This document shows, one piece after another, positions 19,307-32,850 of a stretch of 56,672 nt of DNA (within the stretch, counting starts at the first letter, position 1; every line of letters starts with the position of its first letter). The notes under the pieces are model-generated. The model was not told the origin of the DNA. It ran no database searches and saw only the letters and a program-made list of their open reading frames with translations. This DNA comes from Eledone cirrhosa. Taxonomy: Eukaryota. Position numbers and translations under genes: made by a program. The stretch spans positions 1-56,672 of the forward strand of contig CAXHJY010000003.1 of the NCBI GenBank assembly GCA_964016885.1, in the 5' to 3' direction.

Positions 19307-19750
19307 TACAATATTAAATAAATGGAAAACTATATTTATAAAACCATATTTATTTCATTATATATATTTCGGGGATATCATATTAACAATATGCTATGCC
19401 AAAGAAGAATGTATCACAAGTAGAGGCATAACAACGTATCGTAGAGTAATTCACGCGAAGAATAAACATTCATCCATTTTTTCAGTGTAAAAATGGATGA
19501 ATGTTTATTCTTCGCGTGAATTACTCTACGATACGTTGTTATGCCTCTACTTGTGATACATTCTTCTTTGGCATAGCATATTGTTAATATGATATCCCCG
19601 AAATATATATAATGAAATAAATATGGTTTTATAAATATAGTTTTCCATTTATTTAATATTGTAAATATACTCCAAATATTTGTCGAGTGCTTTTATATCA
19701 GTTATAAATATTTACTAGTTGTAACCCAACAATTTTAAATATAACTTTAC
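19307..19750. mobile_element. Fold-back derivative of the PLE A terminus: 175-bp inverted arms (19307-19481 / 19489-19663), 7-nt loop, ~85-nt extension
   Basis: The outer ~94 nt of each arm match 2800-2893 / 6563-6656. The inner 81 nt are unrelated to anything else seen. The extension resembles 6657-6724. Confidence 0.88.
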
Positions 19751-19761
19751 ATGTATATATG

Positions 19762-19839
<78 letters not shown>

Positions 19840-19893
19840 CATGTATATATATATATGTATATATATATATGTATATATATATATATGTATATA

Positions 19894-19940
<47 letters not shown>

Positions 19941-19990
19941 GTATATATATATATGTATATATATATATGTATATATATATATGTATATAT

Positions 19991-22071
19991 ATGGGAGAAA
20001 GACAGTCTCCCCCATATCGACCCGATAGAGGGACCAGCAGTGTTAGTCGAGGGGAGTATAATAAGTAAGGCAATCAAGGATATGAAGACTGGTAAGGCGG
20101 CTGGGCCTTCGGAAATAGTTGCTGAGATGCTGAAGGCATCTGGCACGGTGGGACACACCATGGTCACCCGCATAGTTAACCAAGTCGTACAGAATGGGGT
20201 TGTTCCGAAGGACTGGCATAGCAGCATCATCGTTAACTGTTATAAGGGTAAAGGAGACGCCCTAGATAGGAGTAACTATAGAGGCATTAAATTAATCGAC
20301 CAGGTCATGAAGGTCACGGAAAAAGTAATAGCGCAACTAATCAGAGAGAGAATTGATCTAGATGAAATGCAGTTCGGGTTTGTGTCAGGCAAAAGCACCA
20401 CAGACGCTCTTTTCATAGTACGACAACTACAGGAGAAGTACCTAGCTAAAGGTAAACCCCTCTACTTAGCTTTTGTCGACCTGGAGAAAGCCTTCGACAG
20501 AGTCCCCCGCTCCATTATCTGGTGGGCTCTTAGAAAACTAGGCGTTGACGAATGGCTTGTGAGGGCTATACAAACCATGTATAAAGAAACAGTCAGCAAG
20601 GTTAGAATTAACAACGAATATAGTGAAGAGTTTAGCGTAAAAGTTGGCGTCCATCAGGGCTCTGTTCTCAGCCCCCTACTATTTATTATTGCCCTTCAGG
20701 CTATAACAGAGGAGTTCAAGACAGGCTGCCCATGGGAACTCCTATACGCAGACGACCTGACACTCATAGCGGAATCAATGGCCGAGCTAGAGAAGAAATT
20801 CCAAACATGGAAGCACGGCCTAGAGTCAAAAGGACTTAAAATTAACCTGGCTAAGACCAAAGTTCTAGTTTGTAGGAAAGAAAACAAGGCGGCGGTCCCT
20901 TCTGGGAAATGGTCGTGCTCGGTATGTAGGAAAGGCGTAGGTAGAAACTCCATCTTATGTCCTAAATGCAAAGTATGGGTGCATAAAAGATGTAGTGGGA
21001 TCACAGGTAAGCTAACTAAGAACATAGACTTTACATGTGGCCGGTGTTCTGGTGCAATAAGTAGAAGCAAGTGCCCACAAAATACTAGCTCTTTCAATTG
21101 CGCAGAGGGTTCTATAGAAATAGTGGACAGCTTCCGTTACCTGGGCGATAAAATCAGCAGTGGGGGAGGGTGCTCTGAAAGTACTGTAGCTAGAGTCAGA
21201 ACTGGTTGGAAAAAGTTCAGAGAGCTTATACCACTATTAGCTGCTAAAGGGTTCTCCCTAAAAATGAAAGGCAGGTTGTACGATGCCTGCATACGAACAG
21301 CAATGTTGCATGGTAGTGAGACCTGGGCATTGTGTGCAGAGGATATACGCAGACTAGAGAGGAACGAAGCTTGCATGCTCCGCTGGATGTGTAACAGTAA
21401 TATACGTGAACGGCAAAGCATAAACGAACTAAGGAAAAAATTAGAGATAAGAGGGATCAGATGTTGTTTACTCGAGAGAAGGCTGCGTTGGTATGGACAC
21501 GTGATGCGCATGAAAGTCGATAGCTGTATTACAAAGTGCAGGGCAATAAAGATAGACGGTAGCCACGGAATAGGCAGACCTAGAAAAACATGGGATGAGC
21601 TGATAAACTCCGACCTCACACACTTACACCTCTCCAAGACAATGTCACTGGACCGTGACCTTTGGCGGTACTCAGTAACAGAGAAGACCCGCCTTGCCAG
21701 TAGGCATCTCTAACAAACTACACCCCGTCCCGCCACCACCCCCACCCCATCCACACCACCCCGTTCCATGTAAAGTTATGTTGGTGCCGCGCCATCCAGG
21801 CCGAAACAAACGAGATCGTGTAGGTGTCATGACAAAAAAACACACAGTCCACGCTGTAATGTGGCCGTGTAGGCAACACGGTAAAAACCTCCCAGATCCA
21901 CACTGTAAATGTGGTTGGTGTTAGGAAGGGCATCCAACTGTAGAAAACCTGCCAGACAGTCCTATGCGAGCAAGACAATCACTCTTGCCTCAAGTGGGAC
22001 TACCCCCGTCCAAACCCATGCAAGCGTGGAACACGGACGTTAAACGTTGATGATGATGATGATGATGATGA
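19991..22071 (+). mobile_element. 5'-truncated RTE-clade LINE, copy 1 (RT plus PHD-like Cys/His finger; stop 21713; (TGA)n tail)
   Basis: [65 protein letters not shown]; tail taaacgttgatgatgatg; embedded in (TA)n. Confidence 0.92.
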
Positions 22072-22077
22072 TATATG

Positions 22078-22130
<53 letters not shown>

Positions 22131-22131
22131 G

Positions 22132-22225
<94 letters not shown>

Positions 22226-22227
22226 TG

Positions 22228-22263
<36 letters not shown>

Positions 22264-22282
22264 TATGTATGTATGTATATAT

Positions 22283-22324
<42 letters not shown>

Positions 22325-22326
22325 TG

Positions 22327-22368
<42 letters not shown>

Positions 22369-22370
22369 TG

Positions 22371-22422
<52 letters not shown>

Positions 22423-22428
22423 CATATG

Positions 22429-22507
<79 letters not shown>

Positions 22508-22510
22508 GTA

Positions 22511-22545
<35 letters not shown>

Positions 22546-22546
22546 G

Positions 22547-22603
<57 letters not shown>

Positions 22604-22622
22604 GTATGTATGTATATATATG

Positions 22623-22673
<51 letters not shown>

Positions 22674-22882
22674 GTATGTATGTATATATATGTATATATA
22701 TACATATATATATATATACATATGTATGTATATATATACATATATATATACATATATATATATATACATATGTATGTATATATATACATATATATATATG
22801 TATGTATGTATATATATGTATATATATACATATATATATATACATATGTATGTATATATATATATATATTTATATAAATATG

Positions 22883-22918
<36 letters not shown>

Positions 22919-22920
22919 TG

Positions 22921-22960
<40 letters not shown>

Positions 22961-22962
22961 TG

Positions 22963-23004
<42 letters not shown>

Positions 23005-23069
23005 ATATATAAATATGTATGTATATATATATATATATATATATACATATGTATGTATATATACATATG

Positions 23070-23116
<47 letters not shown>

Positions 23117-23261
23117 GTATGTATATATATATATGTATGTATATATATATATATATGTATGTATATATATATATATATATACATATGTATGTATATATAT
23201 ATATGTATGTATATATATATATATATGTATGTATATATATATATATATATATATGCATATG

Positions 23262-23302
<41 letters not shown>

Positions 23303-23333
23303 GTATGTATGTATATATATATATATACATATG

Positions 23334-23372
<39 letters not shown>

Positions 23373-23373
23373 G

Positions 23374-23410
<37 letters not shown>

Positions 23411-23445
23411 GTATGTATATATATATATATATATATATACATATG

Positions 23446-23482
<37 letters not shown>

Positions 23483-23555
23483 GTATGTATATATATATAT
23501 ATATAGATATATATATACATATGTATGTATATATATATATATATATATACATATG

Positions 23556-23600
<45 letters not shown>

Positions 23601-23605
23601 GTATG

Positions 23606-23636
<31 letters not shown>

Positions 23637-23637
23637 G

Positions 23638-23678
<41 letters not shown>

Positions 23679-23679
23679 G

Positions 23680-23734
<55 letters not shown>
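22072..23734. repeat. (TA)n array with recurrent TACATATGTATG units
   Basis: Directly visible. Confidence 0.98.
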
Positions 23735-23741
<7 letters not shown>

Positions 23742-23820
23742 GATAAGCAGAACAAGTAAAATTCAATCAATTTTTCAAAATACATTAAAAAATATAATAT
23801 AAATATTTACCTCTTCTAGT

Positions 23821-23903
23821 GGCCCTTACTGATCAGTTTCGCTTTGTAAAACCTCATAAATCCGATGGATTCATGATGGAAAACCAAAGCTCATCAGAGA
23901 AGC
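23821..23903 (-). ncRNA. Type I hammerhead ribozyme (retrozyme, inverted copy)
   Basis: Reverse complement of 24581-24663. Confidence 0.85.
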
Positions 23904-24580
23904 ATTTTCCCATCCTAGGGCTAAACGTCCCAGGAACGACAAAATATACAACCTCCTGCCAGCTAATAAAGGTCTGAAAGGTCGTAAAAGTGACCCGTAT
24001 GTAAACTGGACCGAAGTAAAAGCGGGAAAATCAAAGACTTGCTGTCTACAATTACTACTAAAGAAATAGCAGCCTAGTAAAGCAACAGATTTGTTCTCAA
24101 CGGACGGAGAAAAAGGTATAAGTTAATATGTCCAGGGATACTAGGTACCCCTAGAAATACATAGGTTGTCTATGATTCAGGGTTGTTCAATGGTGTTAAT
24201 TTGATATTTTTTAATGTATTTTGAAAAATTGATTGAATTTTACTTGTTCTGCTTATCTTAATATTAAAGTTCTGGTGTATCAAATTAACACCATTGAACA
24301 ACCCTGAATCATAGACAACCTATGTATTTCTAGGGGTACCTAGTATCCCTGGACATATTAACTTATACCTTTTTCTCCGTCCGTTGAGAACAAATCTGTT
24401 GCTTTACTAGGCTGCTATTTCTTTAGTAGTAATTGTAGACAGCAAGTCTTTGATTTTCCCGCTTTTACTTCGGTCCAGTTTACATACGGGTCACTTTTAC
24501 GACCTTTCAGACCTTTATTAGCTGGCAGGAGGTTGTATATTTTGTCGTTCCTGGGACGTTTAGCCCTAGGATGGGAAAAT

Positions 24581-24663
24581 GCTTCTCTGATGAGCTTTGG
24601 TTTTCCATCATGAATCCATCGGATTTATGAGGTTTTACAAAGCGAAACTGATCAGTAAGGGCC
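24581..24663 (+). ncRNA. Type I hammerhead ribozyme (retrozyme monomer 1)
   Basis: CUGAUGA 24587-24593; stem II gctttg...caaagc with inner tcatgaatcc / ggatttatga; GAAA 24644-24647; palindromic stem III ACUGAUCAGU; predicted cleavage after GUA at 24657; stem I is short and GU-rich. Confidence 0.88.
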
Positions 24664-25065
24664 ACTAGAAGAGGTAAATATTTATATTATATTTTTTAAT
24701 GTATTTTGAAAAATTGATTGAATTTTACTTGTTCTGCTTATCTTAATATTAAAGTTCTGGTGTATCAAATTAACACCATTGAACAACCCTGAATCATAGA
24801 CAACCTATGTATTTCTAGGGGTACCTAGTATCCCTGGACATATTAACTTATACCTTTTTCTCCGTCCGTTGAGAACAAATCTGTTGCTTTACTAGGCTGC
24901 TATTTCTTTAGTAGTAATTGTAGACAGCAAGTCTTTGATTTTCCCGCTTTTACTTCGGTCCAGTTTACATACGGGTCACTTTTACGACCTTTCAGACCTT
25001 TATTAGCTGGCAGGAGGTTGTATATTTTGTCGTTCCTGGGACGTTTAGCCCTAGGATGGGAAAAT

Positions 25066-25148
25066 GCTTCTCTGATGAGCTTTGGTTTTCCATCATGAAT
25101 CCATCGGATTTATGAGGTTTTACAAAGCGAAACTGATCAGTAAGGGCC
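25066..25148 (+). ncRNA. Type I hammerhead ribozyme (retrozyme monomer 2)
   Basis: Identical motif 485 nt downstream; predicted cleavage after 25142. Confidence 0.88.
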
Positions 25149-25209
25149 ACTAGAAGAGGTAAATATTTATATTATATTTTTTAATTATATATATATATAT
25201 ATACATATG

Positions 25210-25264
<55 letters not shown>

Positions 25265-25307
25265 GTATGTATATATATATACATATATATATACATATGT
25301 ATGTATA

Positions 25308-25620
<313 letters not shown>

Positions 25621-25669
25621 ATGTATGTATATATATATATATATATATACATATGTATGTATATATATA

Positions 25670-28443
25670 TTGTAAACACTAAATCCCTCCCCCATGAAGA
25701 ATGCACCTCCCAACATAGACTGATAATTAGCGACCTCATAGTCAGGACGAGACGTACTCGACAGCAGAAGAGGACTATCCTCAGGAGAAAAATATGGAAG
25801 CTAAAGGACCCCACAGCCAGGAATAAATTTCAAAGCATATTACTTGATGCTTTCGACAGTAAGGAAGAACATTTAGAGTCGGACAATATAGAGGGAGAGT
25901 GGGAATTTCTGAAAGCAAACCTGCTGTTGGCGACAGACGAAGTCTGTGGCTGGAGCAGGCCTGTAGGCAGGAGGAGAGTAACATGGTGGTGGAACAGTAA
26001 GGTGGAGGGGTCAATTAAGGCCAAAAAGCAGGCTTGGAAAGTATGGCGGGATGGGGGAAGTAGAGAAGACTATCAAGTGGCCAGGAGGGAAGCCAGGAGA
26101 CAAGTGTACTTAGCAAGAAGGGAAGCTGAGGAAAGAAAGTTCAAGCATGTTCTACAACGCGATGACCAAAAACGTGAGGTGTTCAGGATTGCTAGGCAAT
26201 GCGTCAAGGAAAACCGTGATATTGTCGGGGAGAAGTGTGTACTAAACGACGATGGCACACTTGCCATCACCGACGCTGATAAGAAGGTAGCTTGGAAGTG
26301 TCACTATGAAAGGCTACTAAATGAGGAGAATAAATGGGAGAAAGACAGTCTCCCCCATATCGACCCAATAGAGGGACCAGCAGTGTTAGTCGAGGGGAGT
26401 ATAATAAGTAAGGCAATCAAGGATATGAAGACGGGTAAGGCGGCTGGGCCTTCAGAAATAGTTGCTGAGATGCTGAAGACATCTGGCACGGTGGGACACA
26501 CCATGGTCACCCGCATAGTTAACCAAGTCGTACAGAATGGGGTTGTTCCGAAGGACTGGCATAGCAGCATCATCGTTAACTGTTATAAGGGTAAAGGAGA
26601 CGCCCTAGATAGGAGTAACTATAGAGGCATTAAATTAATCGACCAGGTCATGAAGGTCACGGAAAAAGTAACAGCGCAACTAATCAGAGAGAGAATTGAC
26701 CTAGATGAAATGCAGTTCGGGTTTGTGTCAGGCAAAAGTACCACAGACGCTCTTTTCATAGTACGACAACTACAGGAGAAGTACGTAGCTAAAGGTAAAC
26801 CCCTATACTTAGCTTTTGTCGACTTGGAGAAAGCCTTCGACAGAGTCTCCCGCTCCATTATCTGGTGGGCTCTTAGAAAACTAGGCGTTGACGAATGGCT
26901 TGTGAGGGCTATACAAGCCATGTATAAAGAAACAGTCAGCAAGGTTAGAATTAACAACGAATATAGTGAAGAGTTTAGCGTAAAAGTTGGCGTCCATCAG
27001 GGCTCTGTTCTCAGCCCACTACTATTTATTATTGCCCTTCAGGCTATAACAGAGGAGTTCAAGACAGGCTGCCCATGGGAACTCCTATACGCAGACGACC
27101 TGACACTCATAGCGGAATCAATGGCCGAGCTAGAGAAGAAATTCCAAACATGGAAGCACGGCCTAGAGTCAAAAGGACTTAAAATTAACCTGGCTAAGAC
27201 CAAAGTACTAGTTTGTAGGAAAGAAAACAAGGCGGCGGTCCCTTCTGGGAAATGGTCGTGCTCGGTGTGTAGGAAAGGCGTAGGTAGAAACTCCATTTTA
27301 TGTCCTAAATGCAAAGTATGGGAGAATAAAAGATGTAGTGGGATCACAGGTAAGCTAACTAAGAACATAGATTTTACATGTGGCCGGTGTTCTGGTGCAA
27401 TAAGTAGCAGCAAGTGCCCACAAAATACTAGCTCTTTCAATTGCGCAGAGGGTTCTATAGAAATAGTGGACAGCTTCCGTTACCTGGGCGATAAAATCAG
27501 CAGTGGGGGAGGGTGCTCTGAAAGTACTGTAGCTAGAGTCAGAACTGGTTGGAAAAAGTTCAGAGAGCTTATACCACTATTAGCTGCTAAAGGGTTCTCC
27601 CTAAAAATGAAAGGCAGGTTGTACGATGCCTGCATACGAACAGCAATGCTGCATGGCAGTGAGACCTGGGCATTGTGTGCAGAGGATATACGCAGACTAG
27701 AGAGGAACGAAGCTTGCATGCTCCGCTGGATGTGTAACAGTAATATACGTGAACGGCAAAGCATAAACGAACTAAGGAAAAAATTAGAGATAAGAGGGAT
27801 CAGATGTTGTTTACTCGAGAGAAGGCTACGTTGGTATGGACACGTGATGCGCATGAAAGTCGATAGCTGTATAACAAAGTGCAGGGCAATAAAGATAGAC
27901 GGTAGTCACGGAATAGGCAGACCTAGAAAAACCTGGGACGAGCTGATAAACTCCGACATCACACACTTACACCTCTCCAAGACAATGTCACTGGACCGAG
28001 ACCTTTGGCGGTACTCAGTAACAGAGAAGACCCGCCTTACCTAAATATATAGTAAAACCTACTCCAGCCAGTAGGCATCTCTAACAAAATACACCCCGTC
28101 CCACCACCACCACCCCCACCCCATCCACACCACCCCGTTCTATGTAAAGTTATGTTGGTGCCGCGCCATCGAGGCCTAAACAAATGAGATCGTGTAGGTG
28201 TCACGACAAAAAAACACACAGTCCACGCTGTAATGTGGCCGTGTAGGCAACACGGTAAAAACCTCCCAGATCCACACTGTAAATGTGGTTGGTGTTAGGA
28301 AGGGCATCCAACTGTAGAAAACCTGCCAGACAGTCCTATGCGAGCAAGACAATCACTCTTGCCGCAAGTGGGACTACCCCCGTCCAAACCCATGCAAGCG
28401 TGGAACACGGACGTTAAACGTTGATGATGATGATGATGATGAT
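25670..28443 (+). mobile_element. 5'-truncated RTE-clade LINE, copy 2 (end of APE domain, linker, RT, PHD-like finger; open frame to stop 28044; (TGA)n tail)
   Basis: Non-repeat part of ORF 25207..28044 (SQHRLII..., [18 protein letters not shown]); nearly identical to copy 1 from 26334 onward. Confidence 0.93.
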
Positions 28444-28630
28444 ATACATATGTATATATATATATATATACATATGTATGTATATATATATATATATATA
28501 CATATGTATGTATATATATATATATATATATACATATGTATGTATATATATATATATATACATATGTATGTATATATATATATATATACATATGTATATA
28601 TATATATATATACATATATACATATGTATG

Positions 28631-28668
<38 letters not shown>

Positions 28669-28712
28669 CATATATACATATGTATGTATATATATATACA
28701 TATATACATATG

Positions 28713-28764
<52 letters not shown>

Positions 28765-28770
28765 CATATG

Positions 28771-28809
<39 letters not shown>

Positions 28810-28860
28810 GTATGTATGTATATATATATATATACATATGTATGTATGTATATATATATA

Positions 28861-29408
28861 TGGTGGCTGCCAACTCGTTTTCGAGTACGGCCACTACTTT
28901 ATATCCATGTAGGAGAACCCCTACCGATGCGCTGAACGAGTTTGACTTTTTAGTCCAGCCAGCGACTTGAAAACTCTGGTACAAACACTACACTTGTGAC
29001 AATTATTGACACATAGTGCTGGGTCCATGGTACCATGTGACGACAAGTGCAGAGAGATCTCCAGATGTAAAGCAATGCCTGTGTTGTGAAGCTTTTATAG
29101 TGAGCAAAGGCACTGCACAAAGCCAGTCCCACTCTCTTAACTAAGATGATATTTACCAAAAAGAAGAACAAGTCAACATCATTGGATACCATCAGAGTTG
29201 CAGGTGTTATATCAGAGTTTTCCTTCTCCTAGAATTCTGCCTTGACAAAGGCTAAGGGGTCATCTCTCCCGGTGATTTTGGATGGCCATTGACTCTTAAG
29301 AGCTCCTTTGACAGGTTTTGTTTTTAGTCCTGCAGGATGTCCAAAGTCACCCTCCTCACCAAGAAACCTTGGTGGGGTTGCCAGTTTAGTCGCCAGCAAC
29401 CCAACCAT
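28861..29408 (-). mobile_element. Non-autonomous RTE-derived SINE-like element (~550 bp), copy 1
   Basis: Reverse-complement match to 29821-30384 and direct match to 38895-39408; ends in cgagttggcagccacca followed by microsatellite. Confidence 0.8.
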
Positions 29409-29549
29409 GTATATGTATATATATATATATACATATGTATGTATGTATATATATATATATATACATATGTATGTATGTATATATATATATATATACATAT
29501 GTATGTATGTATATATATATATATATATATATATTCATATATACATATG

Positions 29550-29594
<45 letters not shown>

Positions 29595-29595
29595 G

Positions 29596-29636
<41 letters not shown>

Positions 29637-29637
29637 G

Positions 29638-29680
<43 letters not shown>

Positions 29681-29820
29681 GTATGTATATATATATATAT
29701 ATATATACATATGTATGTATGTATATTTATATATATATATGTATGTATATATATATATATACATATATACATATGTATGTATGTATATTTATATATATAT
29801 ATGTATGTAAGTATATATAT

Positions 29821-30382
29821 AACCTGTCTCATGGTCGGCTCGTTGGTGACTAAACTGGCAACCCCACCAAGGTTTCTTGGTGAGGAGGGTGACTTTGGAC
29901 ATCCTGCAGGACTAAAAACAAAACCTGTTAAAGGGCAAAGGAGCTCTTAAGTGTCAATGGCCATCCAAAATCACCGGGAGAGATGACCCCTTAGCCTTTG
30001 TCAAGGCAGAATTCTAGGAGAAGGAAAACTCTGATATAACACCTGCAACCCTGATGGTATCCAATGATGTTGAATTGTTCTTCTTTTTGGTAAATATCAT
30101 CTTGGTTAAGAGAGTGGGTCTGGCTTTGTGCAGTGCCTTTGCTCACTATAAAAGCTTCACGGCACAGGCATTGCTTTATATCTGGAGATCTCTATGCACT
30201 TGTTGTCACATGGTACCATGGGCCCAGCACTATTTGTCAGTAATTGTCACAAGTGTAGTGTTTGTACTAGAGTTTTCAAGTCGCTGGCTGGACTAAAAAG
30301 TCACACTCGTTCAGCGCATCGGTAGGGGTTTTCCTACATGGATATAAAGTAGTGGCCATACTCGAAAACGAGTTGGCAGCCA

Positions 30383-30384
<2 letters not shown>
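29821..30384 (+). mobile_element. Non-autonomous RTE-derived SINE-like element, copy 2
   Basis: The 3' part encodes a C2H2 remnant, [25 protein letters not shown], like RTE/BovB ORF C-termini. Confidence 0.8.
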
Positions 30385-30428
<44 letters not shown>

Positions 30429-30832
30429 CATATATATATACCCACTTACAGATCACATATGCACATAGACTAGAAATAATAATGTACTTCTAACAGCACT
30501 TATTATTAATTGATAATAATGATTTTCTTTTTTTTTCCACAACTTAACATATTTTAATAAGTTCACATGCAACCACATTTATTTGTGCTGCAAAAGACCC
30601 GTCAAACCCATGCAAGCATGGAAAATTGGATGTAAAATGATGATGATGGTTGTGTAAACATGTACATATATACACACACTGAGCTTTTGTAATTAATACA
30701 AACCTGAAAAAACAAACTGATTATCTTCTTTGGATAAATGCAAAGAAGCATCTTTTTAAAGAAGACTGTAACTGTAATGATACAGTGAAATGAGACTGAA
30801 ATAACACGTGAGCTATGACTAAATTAGTCAGG

Positions 30833-31135
30833 GAAGGCCCATGCTGTAGTGGTTAGAGTTTTGAACTTGCTATCATAAGATTATGAATTCAGTTCCTGGA
30901 CCAGGCAGTGCTTTCTGTCATTGAGCAAGATACCTTATTCCTCATTGCTTCAGTCCACACAGCTGGTCAAAATGTGTTTGCACCAGTAATTCAACAGAAC
31001 AGCCTTGTCACACATTGTGTCATGCTGAATCTCCCAAAGAACTATGTTAAAAGTGCATGTGTCTGTGCCACTTACACTTTAATTTGATGAGCAGGCACTT
31101 CCATTGATTGAATCAACTGGAATACTTGTTAAAAT
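30833..31135 (+). mobile_element. Degenerate tRNA-derived SINE (related pieces at ~35040-35240 and ~41588-41890)
   Basis: A-box-like gtagtggttagag head, core ttgagcaagata, shared block agccttgtcacacaytgtgtcatgctgaatctcc. Confidence 0.6.
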
Positions 31136-31499
31136 CAAACTGGAATCAGGGATCAGCTATCACAGGACACAGAACTACTGGGGGAAATTCCAGTGGACTT
31201 TTGAATTGAATTATGATCGATACCAATTCTACAAAAGAGTTAGAGAAAGTCCCTTAACAGGTTATATGAAAAGGATGAAAGTATACTGGCAGGAAAAATA
31301 ACCAAACTTCTTAAACTTAACTCCAAAGCAACTACATGAACAAGCTATAGTTCATCATCATCATCATCATTTTTATGTCAACTTTTCCATGCTGGCATGG
31401 GTTGGATGGGATTATTTAGACAATTTTTATAACCAGATATCCTTCCTGACGCCAACCTTTTTAGTCACTTCTTATGACAAGCATTGATTTTGTGTACCT

Positions 31500-31775
31500 A
31501 TTCTAAACTGTGCAAGAGAGAAAACTGTGCTGGTATGGACATATGATGCATATGGATGATGATTACTAGGTGGAGAAGTGCCAAGAAACCCTTGTGGGAA
31601 GAAACCACTGTAGAGAAAGACCAAGGAAGATCTGTACAGTGATGGTTCAAGCTGATCAGAAATTGCTGAAGCTCACAGAAGGAATGAGGAAGGAATGTGA
31701 GTGGAGCGACGCTGTGCTAGAAAGACCTATCTAACCCATGCAAACATAGAGAAACAGATGTAAAATGATAATGAC
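31500..31775 (+). mobile_element. Decayed RTE 3' fragment
   Basis: LCWYGHMM..., RPRK, tail aacccatgcaaacat...gatgtaaaatgataatg, similar to the RTE copies above. Confidence 0.6.
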
Positions 31776-32444
31776 ACTAACTTAACATATGGTTCTTAAA
31801 TATAATGATGGGTGATTTTAATTTAAATAAAAAACCCTTTAGACCTTTTATAGCCATATTTCTAATAAAATACACTATTTTAATGAAGAATTTTGAGAGA
31901 TTTCCTAAAATTATTAATTACTTCGTTATACTAAGACAGTAATATAAAATTCTCATATAAAATTATATTGGAAGACTTTAATTTAAATGGAAACCTTTTA
32001 AAATGCGTAGTTTTGTTTTGTAGAACCAGAGATGGTTTGGGCAAATAAAATTATGTTGGAAGGCTTTAATATAAGTAGTAACATTTTGAATTGGGTAGTT
32101 TTGTTTTGTAGAACAAGAGATGGTTTGGAGAAGGTTGGTATCAAAAGAATTAAGTCATTAACAGATTATCCAAACTGTTGTATCAATGAATAAAGTCGTA
32201 TTTGATCACTAAGTCTATTTCTGCTGCTAATAAATTTAAATGCTATCAAATATTGTGTTGTTGAATGGAATGTAAGGCTCTCTTCAGGACCCTCTTATGT
32301 AATTTCAGGCTATTCTGTTTCATCATAACAAGAAGCTGCTGCATCTTCTGGACTTAATAGAAATAAATACATGTCATCGTTCTCATCTGAGATGCATAAG
32401 TTGAAGACATTTTTCAAATTCAATAATGATTTTAATTTAGACAC

Positions 32445-32850
32445 AAGGTGGGGCAGTGGATTGGCAGTATTGGGAGAATGTTGGTCAAAATTTATTGTTG
32501 TACTTAGTTACAACTTTCTATGTTCAGAGTTCAAATCCTGCTGTGGTCAACTTTGCTTTTCATCCTTCTAGGGGCATAAAAATAGGGCAGTTAAGTATTG
32601 GGGTTGATGTAATCAACTTCCCTTTGTCCCAGATTGCTGACCATGTGCCAAAAGTCCAGTGATTATGTTGCAGGTGGGAGGTAAGTTGATTATATCAACT
32701 TCATTACTTCACTGGTACTTTATTTTATCAACCTCTGAAATGATAAAAGACAAATTTGAACTTGATGAGATTTGAACTAAGAATCTAAGACTTGGAAGAA
32801 ATGCTACAAAACCCTTTTTTTCACATTCTAACAATCCTCTCAGTCCACCA
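32445..32850. mobile_element. Two degenerate tRNA-derived SINE copies (+ then -)
   Basis: gagttcaaatcc B-box and ctttgcttttcatccttc core shared with 48929-49115. Confidence 0.65.

Larger units (their letters stand above)
23735..25185 (+). mobile_element. Retrozyme-like non-coding element: two tandem 485-nt monomers (24204-25185) preceded by a 472-nt inverted copy (23735-24206), each with a type I HHR
   Basis: Period 485 (the G of ttaatg at 24216 and 24701; ttaat ending 25185). 23735-24206 is the reverse complement of 24278-24749. No ORF of >=60 aa lies within it. Flanked by (TA)n. Confidence 0.88.

Noticed and set aside
28950-30296. Recurrent 80-aa ORF MVSNDVDLFFF (three copies, also 38984-39226)
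   Set aside because: It recurs because it lies in a young repeat; no domain is recognised and neighbouring frames hold only RTE remnants.
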